From: an uncultured Sediminibacterium sp.
Lineage (GTDB): Bacteria > Bacteroidota > Bacteroidia > Chitinophagales > Chitinophagaceae
Reading direction: 5' to 3'
NCBI GenBank assembly: GCA_937907555.1
Contig: CALEST010000302.1
Span: forward strand, 1-46,347
DNA: 46,347 nt
The notes beneath the pieces were generated by a model. The model was not told where the DNA came from. It made no database searches and saw only the letters and a program-made list of their open reading frames with translations. Position numbers and translations under genes: made by a program. Shown here in pieces: positions 39,296 through 46,347 of this stretch; the first letter of the stretch is position 1, and every line of letters starts with the position of its first letter.

Positions 39296-40243
39296 ATGAA
39301 GTTTCCGTCTCCTGTTTCCGTTTCCTGGATGTCTGATTTTCTGAATGCAAAAATTGCTGGAAATACCCAAGCAGAAATTTTAGGCATCAACGAAATTCAT
39401 CGTGTAGAAAAAGGAGACATGGTCTTTGTTGATCATCCAAAATATTATGATACCTGTTTAAACAGCGCAGCTGATTTTATAATCATCAATACGGCAGATG
39501 TAAAAATTCCTGATGGCAAAACCATTTTTATTGTTTCAGATCCTTTTGAATCTTACCTGAAAATTGTACAGCACTTCAGTCCATTTTTACCGGCAACAAA
39601 ATCAATTGATGATTCATTAGTTGTTGGGGAGAATACGATAATTATGCCCAATGTATTTATTGGGAAGCATGTAGTTATCGGAAACAATTGTATCATTCAT
39701 CCCAATGTTACCATTCACGATAATACCATCATTGGAAATGATGTTATTATTCAGTCGGGAACCGTTATTGGTGGTGACGCATTTTATTACAACACTAAAA
39801 AGAATAGATCAGTCTGGTATAAAAAAATGTTGAGTTGTGGTAATGTTGTTCTGGAAGACTTTGTTGAAATAGGAACAGGATGTATGATTGACAGAGGGGT
39901 AACAGCCGAAACCAGAATTGGTTTGGGAACCAAACTGGACAATATGGTTCATATTGGTCATGATGTAACGGTTGGGAAAAACTGCTTGTTTGCTGCTCAG
40001 GTGGGTATTGCCGGTGGTACCATTATAGAAGACGGGGTTACTTTATGGGGTCAGGTTGGCGTTAGTAAAACGCTTACCATTGGAGCCAATGCCGTAGTGT
40101 TGGCGCAAAGCGGAGTTCCTTCCTCTTTGGCCGGTGGAAAAACCTATTTCGGATATCCTGCAGAAGACGCTTCCATCAAACGACGTGAACTGGTCTGGAT
40201 CAAACGAATTCCTGAGCTTTGGAAAAAAGTGATGGAATCATAA
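39296..40243 (+). CDS. lpxD: LpxD-like UDP-3-O-acylglucosamine N-acyltransferase
   Basis: N-terminal uridine-binding-like domain, hexapeptide repeats, IDRG, KLDNMVHIGHDV, GQVG, G.PA. ATG 39296 preferred as start. Confidence 0.82.
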   Translation: MKFPSPVSVSWMSDFLNAKIAGNTQAEILGINEIHRVEKGDMVFVDHPKYYDTCLNSAADFIIINTADVKIPDGKTIFIVSDPFESYLKIVQHFSPFLPATKSIDDSLVVGENTIIMPNVFIGKHVVIGNNCIIHPNVTIHDNTIIGNDVIIQSGTVIGGDAFYYNTKKNRSVWYKKMLSCGNVVLEDFVEIGTGCMIDRGVTAETRIGLGTKLDNMVHIGHDVTVGKNCLFAAQVGIAGGTIIEDGVTLWGQVGVSKTLTIGANAVVLAQSGVPSSLAGGKTYFGYPAEDASIKRRELVWIKRIPELWKKVMES

Positions 40244-41212
40244 TTGATACTTTGCCCTGAATTCGGCACAGATTCTATCAATTGATGTTTTAAGAGGGGT
40301 ATACGAAAATTCAGGAATGGATGCAAGCAGCTTTGAATTATTGAAAACTACTTTTGCCTGAGCTGTTCTGGCAGTTTCTTTGGTAAGCAAGGGATCTTTT
40401 CCGGTAAAAAATGCTTTAATGGCTTCCCATCTCCATACAATGCCTGCCAGCAAGGGGGTTACTTTTTTGTGCGGCGGTTTCTTGTTAAAGCCAGCTGCAA
40501 TCAACCCAAAAATATCTTTATAGCCAGTATTGTGGCCGCTTAAAATAAATCGTTCGCCATTTACTTTGCTGTTCATTAACAGATACATGGCTTTTACTAC
40601 GTCCATTACATCTACAAATCCGCTGGTCCCTTCGGTATACCATGGAAATTCTTCGTACGATGATTTGAAAATGCCGGATGATCCTCCGTTCCAATCTCCG
40701 CTCCCTAGAATAATAACAGGGTTAACTACTACCACAGACAAACCCTCACTCATTCCCCGCCATACTTCCATTTCTGAGAGGTATTTGCTTTTGCCATACT
40801 CACTGTTACTGGTTTCAGGGGTCCAGTTCATTGTTTCATCAATTGGTTTGTCTTCCCTGATTCTACCGAGAGCAGCTACCGAACTAACAAATAATAATTT
40901 CTTCACCCCACAGTTGATGCAGGCGTTTACCACATTGGCAGTGCCTTCTACATTGGTGTGAAACATGGAAGCTTTCTTTGCCGGATTAAAAGAAACAACG
41001 GCTGCGCAATGATATACCTGCTCTACATGCTGCAAGGATTCTTCTAATGCTACAACATCCAGAATATCTCCTTTTACCCATTCTACACCATCGGTTCCGA
41101 TAATTTCAGGGGGCTCAGTTCGGTATAAAGCTTTAACCTTATGGCCTTCCCGAATCAACTTTTGTAATAAATGTGATCCAACCAGACCGCTGGCACCTGT
41201 TACTAAAATCAT
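40238..41212 (-). CDS. NAD-dependent epimerase/dehydratase (extended SDR)
   Basis: TGASGLVG, HCAA, VSSVAA, YGKSK; ATGA overlap with the upstream Fur-family stop codon. Confidence 0.9.
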   Translation of the reverse strand: MILVTGASGLVGSHLLQKLIREGHKVKALYRTEPPEIIGTDGVEWVKGDILDVVALEESLQHVEQVYHCAAVVSFNPAKKASMFHTNVEGTANVVNACINCGVKKLLFVSSVAALGRIREDKPIDETMNWTPETSNSEYGKSKYLSEMEVWRGMSEGLSVVVVNPVIILGSGDWNGGSSGIFKSSYEEFPWYTEGTSGFVDVMDVVKAMYLLMNSKVNGERFILSGHNTGYKDIFGLIAAGFNKKPPHKKVTPLLAGIVWRWEAIKAFFTGKDPLLTKETARTAQAKVVFNNSKLLASIPEFSYTPLKTSIDRICAEFRAKYQL

Positions 41213-41628
41213 TGTTCGCACTTATTACAGGTTCCGCTAATCACCAGATCGGTTTGAGCAGCTTTAAATCCTTTGGGCAGCTTTACTTTAGGAACACTTA
41301 CTTCATCAATACAGTAAGTTGTTCCGCAATCATCGCAGATAAAATGAACATGATCGTCGTGGTGATGACCAGCTCCGCATTCGTCCTTGCACAAAGCATA
41401 CCGAACAGAATTGTCTGCAGTTGGTATGGTGTGTATGATTCCTTTTTCTACAAAAGTTTGTAAGGTTCTGTAAATGGTTACCCGGTCAAACTCTTCACTG
41501 CTTTTTTGTTCAATATCCCCGTGCGCCATTGCATTTCCGGATTCCCAGAAAAGCGCAAGTATTTTTTTTCTGGCCTCAGTAATGCTGAGGTGATTCTTCT
41601 TTAATATGTCATTGATTTTATCCTGCAT
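41209..41628 (-). CDS. Fur-family metalloregulator (Zur-like)
   Basis: T..R, DRVTIYRTL..F, HHHDDHVHFICDDC, C-terminal CNKC. Confidence 0.9.
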   Translation of the reverse strand: MQDKINDILKKNHLSITEARKKILALFWESGNAMAHGDIEQKSSEEFDRVTIYRTLQTFVEKGIIHTIPTADNSVRYALCKDECGAGHHHDDHVHFICDDCGTTYCIDEVSVPKVKLPKGFKAAQTDLVISGTCNKCEQ

Positions 41629-41635
41629 ATTGCCC

Positions 41636-42292
41636 CTAAGGATTATTGTTAAAGATACCGTTTACAAAATTACTGTTAGCAGAGCGCTCCTGTAATAATT
41701 CTCTGATATCTTTCTTCAGCTTTTCTATCTCGTCTTTTTTAAGACCATCGTAAATTTGAGAACGAACTTTTCCATCTTTGTCTACCAGGGCAAAGAATTG
41801 GGTATGAATGAACTGATCTTCAATTTTTTGAACACTGTTCTTGGGATCATCCAATAAATAAGCAGCCCTTGCCATCTGGTATAAACTGTCTTTTCTACCC
41901 GTTACCATCACCCATTTTCTACTGTCTACCTGCATGGAATCTGAGTATTTTTTTAGTTTAGGCACAGAGTCTGTTTCGGGATCGCAGGTATGAGATAAAA
42001 TCAAGAAATCGGGTTCGGCTTTGAAATCATCATAAATCTCCTTCATGTTTTTGTTCATCTTTGGACAGATCCCCTTACAGCTGGTAAAAAAGTATTCAAC
42101 TACGGTTACTTTACCCAATAAGTCACGGTCATTAAATGGCAGACCTTCCTGTGTTGTAAATTGAAAAGGTTTAACGTAGCTAATTACAGATAGTTTTTTC
42201 TTCCATTTATCGGTACCTCTGAACAGAAAAAAATAAAATCCACCCAATAAAACCAGAAAAAACCCCAGATAGGCCAATACTCTCTTGCTCAT
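41636..42292 (-). CDS. SCO1/SenC copper chaperone family protein
   Basis: N-terminal TM anchor, FFTSCKGICP (CxxxC), DPETD, FIHT. Confidence 0.92.
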   Translation of the reverse strand: MSKRVLAYLGFFLVLLGGFYFFLFRGTDKWKKKLSVISYVKPFQFTTQEGLPFNDRDLLGKVTVVEYFFTSCKGICPKMNKNMKEIYDDFKAEPDFLILSHTCDPETDSVPKLKKYSDSMQVDSRKWVMVTGRKDSLYQMARAAYLLDDPKNSVQKIEDQFIHTQFFALVDKDGKVRSQIYDGLKKDEIEKLKKDIRELLQERSANSNFVNGIFNNNP

Positions 42293-42338
42293 ATACTTAC
42301 ATTATAGTGTAAAGGTAATACCATTTTACAACAAATAT

Positions 42339-42369
42339 TTTGCAACAAAGTTGCATTGTTGTAGTTTTG
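42339..42369 (+). promoter_or_regulatory. Consensus promoter TTTG-N19-TAGTTTTG with palindromic operator TGCAAC-AAA-GTTGCA (42341-42355)
   Basis: Perfect -33/-7 consensus and spacing; a perfect 6-3-6 palindrome overlaps the -33 box. Confidence 0.75.
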
Positions 42370-42375
42370 CAGTCG

Positions 42376-42768
42376 ATGAAGTTAAAAATCAACTGGGATG
42401 CATTGGGAATTGTTGCTTCTGTGGCCTGTGCCATACACTGTGCCCTGCTTCCACTTTTTTTAAGCAGTCTGCCTTTATTTGGGGTAAATATTATTGAAAA
42501 TATTCATTTCGAATATTTAATGATCGGCCTCGCTTTCTTACTGGGCACGTATGCATTATACCATGGTTTTAAAAAACATCATCATAGCTGGTGGCCCGTT
42601 GTTTTGTTTACAACAGGCATACTTTTACTTATTTTAAAAGTAAACTTTCATCAACTGGAATGGATCTTATTGGTTCCTTCTGTTGGATTTATTGTGGTTG
42701 CCCACTACCTTAACTTTAAACTTTGCAGAAAACACGATCATGCGCACAGCGATGATTGCTCACATTAA
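42376..42768 (+). CDS. MerC-domain metal transport membrane protein, His-rich
   Basis: WD.LGI.AS..CAIHC.LLP, 4 TM helices, KKHHH, tail HDHAHSDDCSH. ATG 42376 preferred because the track start lies inside the promoter. Confidence 0.85.
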   Translation: MKLKINWDALGIVASVACAIHCALLPLFLSSLPLFGVNIIENIHFEYLMIGLAFLLGTYALYHGFKKHHHSWWPVVLFTTGILLLILKVNFHQLEWILLVPSVGFIVVAHYLNFKLCRKHDHAHSDDCSH

Positions 42769-42806
42769 CTGAAAAGGGTTACCTTTAAGTATAAAGTAAA
42801 AGTTTA

Positions 42807-43949
42807 ATGAAAACTGCCCAACTTCAATTTGGTTCGGGAAAATGGATGATAGGGGATTTACCAGAAAATTTTCCTGCTGAGAAAGCACAACTCGTTCTGG
42901 CATTTGGTTCAGGTGAGCTCGTTACGAATCAAACGATATTCTCTTCAATTAAAGAAAGGTTTCCCATTGCTAATATTGTCTCCTGTTCTACTTCTGGTGA
43001 AATTCTTCACAAACAAGTGTATGACGATACAGTAGTTGTAACAGCTATTTATTTTGAAAAGGCAACCACTCAGGCTGTTTCAGTAGACATTTCTCAATCG
43101 GTAGACAGTTTTGAAACAGGAAAAAAGCTGATGGGCATGTTGAGTCAGGATCAGCTGGTATCGGTATTTGTGATTTCAGAAGGTTCTTTTATCAACGGAT
43201 CCGAATTGGTAGCAGGTTTTAATGCTGAAAACCCCAATAATGTTCCAGTAACAGGTGGGTTGGCAGGTGATGCCGCAAGATTTGCAAAAACACAGGTTGG
43301 ATTAAACACCCCCGCCAAGGAAGGAACGGTTGTTGCCATAGGATTCTATGGTGCTGGTTTATTGGTAGGCCACAGTTCTTTCGGTGGATGGGATGAATTT
43401 GGAAAAGAGAGAGTAATAACCAAATCTGTAAAAAATGTATTGTATGAAATTGATGGTCAGAAAGCCCTTGATTTGTATAAAGAATACCTGGGACCATATG
43501 TAGACGAGTTACCTGGCTCTGCGTTGTTGTTTCCCATTTCATTGCGCACGGAAGACAGTTCCAAAAATCTGGTAAGAACCATTTTAAATGTGAACGAAGC
43601 GGATGGCTCAATGATTTTTGCAGGAAATATGCCGGAGGGAAGTAAAATGCGGTTGATGAAAGTAAACTTTGAAAAAGTAATCAACGGTTCTTCTGTTGCT
43701 GCAACCACAACCGCATCCATGCACGAAAATAACAAAGCTAATCTGGCAATATTAATCAGTTGTGTTGGACGCAAATTGATTTTGCAGGACAGGACATCTG
43801 AAGAAGTGGAAGCTGCTCAAAAAGTGTTTGGTGAAAATACTACTATCGGTGGTTTTTACTCTTATGGAGAATTATCTCCTTTCAATCCCGGTTCTAATTG
43901 TGAACTTCACAATCAAACCATGACTATTACAACATTTACTGAATTATAA
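42807..43949 (+). CDS. FIST-domain signal transduction protein (NosP-like)
   Basis: CSTSGEI, GGLAGD, GGW..FG, LYEIDG..AL..Y, SCVGR, GFYSYGE, LHNQT. Confidence 0.9.
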   Translation: MKTAQLQFGSGKWMIGDLPENFPAEKAQLVLAFGSGELVTNQTIFSSIKERFPIANIVSCSTSGEILHKQVYDDTVVVTAIYFEKATTQAVSVDISQSVDSFETGKKLMGMLSQDQLVSVFVISEGSFINGSELVAGFNAENPNNVPVTGGLAGDAARFAKTQVGLNTPAKEGTVVAIGFYGAGLLVGHSSFGGWDEFGKERVITKSVKNVLYEIDGQKALDLYKEYLGPYVDELPGSALLFPISLRTEDSSKNLVRTILNVNEADGSMIFAGNMPEGSKMRLMKVNFEKVINGSSVAATTTASMHENNKANLAILISCVGRKLILQDRTSEEVEAAQKVFGENTTIGGFYSYGELSPFNPGSNCELHNQTMTITTFTEL

Positions 43950-43960
43950 CGCCTGTTTCA

Positions 43961-45478
43961 ATGCCTTATCATAGCTTACTAAAAAAGCAGATATCTCAGT
44001 TTCTTAATGATGCTTTGGAGAACCATCCCGATATGGCTTCTTTTCTGGATGCGATCAATAAAAGTTACAGCTCATTCGACAGGGATAGAAAAATAACGGA
44101 ACATGCATTTGATGTAAGTGAGAAGGAATACCAGCTTGCAACAAAAGATCTGCAGCTGCAAAACGAAATAAGACAGCAATCCATTTATAAGCTAAAGCAG
44201 GCGATTAAGGCACTGGATCCTGCTGCACCGCAGGAGTTTGATGAAGACAGTGACGACCTGATTGATATTATCTCTTTTCTGGAAAAACAGATTCTCAAGA
44301 CAAAACAGCTGGAAGCAGATTTAATTCACGCCAAGGAAGTGGCTGAAAAAGCGGCACAGGCCAAGAGTGAGTTTCTGTCTGTAATGAGTCATGAAATCCG
44401 AACACCCCTGAATGCAATCATTGGTACTATTATGTTGCTTCAATACCAGGATCTGGCACCAGACCAGCGAGAATTGCTGAATGTAATGGAGATTTCTTCT
44501 GAGAATTTATTAAGTCTCATTAATGACGTACTCGATTTCAGCAAACTGGAAGAGGGTAAAATCATATTTGCTGAGCGAAATGTAAACGTGTTGCATTTCC
44601 TCAAGAATATTAAAATGGCCAATCAGGTAAAGGCGGAAGAAAAAAGAAACAGAATTAAGATTACCTATGACGATGATATTCCTGAGTTCCTGGTATGTGA
44701 TGATGTAAGATTGGGTCAGATTTTAAATAACCTGATATCCAATGCGGTTAAGTTTACCAAAGACGGAACCATTACGATTCGGGTAGAACTGGTAGCAAAC
44801 AACATACAGGATGTGGATCTGCTGTTTTCAATAGAAGATACCGGAATTGGTATTCCCAAAGAAAAACAACACCTGGTATTTGAACGATTTACGCAAGCCA
44901 ACAATAATATTACCCGCGAGTTTGGAGGATCAGGACTTGGGCTTACCATTATCAGAAGACTGTTGCAGCTGCAGGGTAGTGAAATATTTTTAGAGAGTGA
45001 ACCCGGTGTGGGATCCAAATTTTACTTTACGCTTAAATTTAAGAAAAGCAATAGTGAAATCAGAGAAGAAGCCAAACAAAGCGGCACAGAAAACAAGCCT
45101 GATTTAACAGGCAAAAGAATTTTGTTGGTAGAAGACGTAGAGTTCAATATTATGGTTGCCCAACGAATGTTAAAGAACTGGAATGCGGAAGTAGATTTGG
45201 CTGAAAACGGATCCATAGCGGTGGAAAAAGTTAGGCAGGAGAATTACGATCTGATATTAATGGATATTCAGATGCCGGTAATGGATGGATATACGGCTAC
45301 CAGAAATATCAGGACATTCAATACCAATGTCCCCATCATTGCGTTGACTGCTTCAGTAATCACCACAGATATTGAAGCAAAAGCAATTCAGATAGGAATG
45401 GACGGTTGTTTATCCAAACCATTTAATCCTAATACGCTCTATACAATCATCATGGACAATATTGCTCCATCAGCATAA
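43961..45478 (+). CDS. Cytoplasmic hybrid histidine kinase with receiver domain
   Basis: No TM segment; HSLLKKQI N-terminus, SHEIRTPLN, NAVKFT, DTGIGI, GGSGLGL, LMDIQMP. Confidence 0.92.
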   Translation: MPYHSLLKKQISQFLNDALENHPDMASFLDAINKSYSSFDRDRKITEHAFDVSEKEYQLATKDLQLQNEIRQQSIYKLKQAIKALDPAAPQEFDEDSDDLIDIISFLEKQILKTKQLEADLIHAKEVAEKAAQAKSEFLSVMSHEIRTPLNAIIGTIMLLQYQDLAPDQRELLNVMEISSENLLSLINDVLDFSKLEEGKIIFAERNVNVLHFLKNIKMANQVKAEEKRNRIKITYDDDIPEFLVCDDVRLGQILNNLISNAVKFTKDGTITIRVELVANNIQDVDLLFSIEDTGIGIPKEKQHLVFERFTQANNNITREFGGSGLGLTIIRRLLQLQGSEIFLESEPGVGSKFYFTLKFKKSNSEIREEAKQSGTENKPDLTGKRILLVEDVEFNIMVAQRMLKNWNAEVDLAENGSIAVEKVRQENYDLILMDIQMPVMDGYTATRNIRTFNTNVPIIALTASVITTDIEAKAIQIGMDGCLSKPFNPNTLYTIIMDNIAPSA

Positions 45479-45486
45479 TCAATCAG

Positions 45487-46347
45487 ATGACTCAATCTAT
45501 GGGTAGTACCAAACTCCGTTTTTGGTATGATTTGTTCAGGGAATCATTGAACAGTGAACACAAGGACTTTACAAAAGGAAGTTTAAGAAAAGCCATTTTT
45601 TTACTGGCTGTTCCTATGATTCTGGAAATGTGCATGGAGTCTGTTTTTGCTGTTGTAGATATATTTTTTGTAAGCAAACTAGGATCTGCTGCAGCGGCAA
45701 CGGTTGGATTAACCGAGTCGGTATTGACCATTATTTACTCTTTAGCCATTGGACTCAGCATGGCCGCTACCGCAATGGTAGCCAGAAGGGTGGGGGAGAA
45801 AAATCATGAAGCAGCTGCAGAAGCAGGAGCACAAACACTGATAATTTGTATCGTCATCAGTATGATCATAAGTATCATCGGCGCTTTTTTTGCTGCAGAT
45901 ATATTGCAATTGGTAGGTGCATCTCCTGAAATCCTAAACATCGGTTCTACTTATGTTTCCGTTATGCTGATTGGAAACCTGGTTATCATGTTGTTGTTTT
46001 TAATCAATGGAATTTTCAGAGGTGCAGGCAATGCAGCCATTGCCATGAAAAGTTTATGGCTGGCCAATCTTTGTAATATTATTTTATGCCCTGTAATGAT
46101 TCATTTTTATGGTTTAACAGGTGCGGCAATTGCAACAACTACAGGAAGAGGTATCGGTGTGCTCTATCAATTATACAATCTTCAGAAAGGCAAGGGAATC
46201 ATTCAGATGAAATGGAATCATTTTAAGCCAATCTGGTCGGTAATTGTTTCAATTGTAAATATTGCTTCAACTGGTGCCCTGCAGTTTATTATAGCATCTG
46301 CCAGCTGGATTTTCATGGCAAAAATCATTTCCGGATATGGAAGTGAT
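45487..46347 (+). CDS. MATE family efflux transporter (3' end runs off the window)
   Basis: Not in the ORF track. ATG 45487 reads MTQSMG...LAVPMILEMCMESVFAVVDIFFVSKLG...VARRVG...FRGAGNA, with MATE-like hydrophobic sequence in the same frame towards the window end. Confidence 0.92.
   Translation, partial: MTQSMGSTKLRFWYDLFRESLNSEHKDFTKGSLRKAIFLLAVPMILEMCMESVFAVVDIFFVSKLGSAAAATVGLTESVLTIIYSLAIGLSMAATAMVARRVGEKNHEAAAEAGAQTLIICIVISMIISIIGAFFAADILQLVGASPEILNIGSTYVSVMLIGNLVIMLLFLINGIFRGAGNAAIAMKSLWLANLCNIILCPVMIHFYGLTGAAIATTTGRGIGVLYQLYNLQKGKGIIQMKWNHFKPIWSVIVSIVNIASTGALQFIIASASWIFMAKIISGYGSD

Noticed and set aside
42376-42768. Mercury resistance locus
   Set aside because: No merA, merR, merP or merT; the context points to essential-metal homeostasis.
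28097-45478. Similarity between the two hybrid kinases as a recent duplication
   Set aside because: Similarity is limited to universal H, N, G and receiver motifs; codons and input domains differ.
1878-45731. Many 60-163 aa ORFs antisense to or nested in long genes (for example 8244..8735, 20151..20606, 40530..40961, 45492..45731)
   Set aside because: They lie largely or wholly within well-supported CDSs, have shadow-frame composition and show no independent signals.
1-46347. CRISPR array, tRNA/rRNA, prophage, IS, defence or toxin-antitoxin system
   Set aside because: No spaced repeats, RNA gene signatures, integrase, transposase or defence-domain motifs were seen; intergenic gaps are too short and genes are housekeeping-type.

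Overview
This 46.3-kb window looks like compact, AT-rich core chromosome from a Bacteroidota bacterium. Gene content, TAnnTTTG-type promoters and Gln-first secreted proteins support that call; Chitinophagaceae-like is an inference. It holds about 40 CDSs, two of them cut off by the window edges and absent from the ORF track: a secreted transglutaminase-like protein at 1..1199(-) and a MATE transporter at 45487..end(+). Main content is DNA repair/replication (uvrB, dnaN, recX, uvrD/pcrA), LPS and envelope genes (kdnB, kdsB, lpxR, lpxD-like, GT2, mtgA, OmpA-family), cofactor salvage (thiL, pnuC-nadR, nfu), lysS, gmk, and signalling (two hybrid kinases, a FIST protein, a PAS-only protein, a Fur-family regulator). 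I saw no rRNA, tRNA, CRISPR array, integrase or transposase. The best leads are small: (1) a promoter-hairpin-terminator leader RNA in front of lysS, (2) a degenerate duplicate of the lysS 3' end that looks like an integration scar, (3) a perfect palindromic operator inside the promoter of a His-rich MerC-like gene next to a Fur/Zur-family gene, (4) an intact secreted GH5 that has lost its catalytic nucleophile, (5) a KdnB homologue implying 8-amino-Kdo LPS, and (6) a NosP-like FIST/kinase pair. All family calls come from motif recognition by eye; no searches were run.
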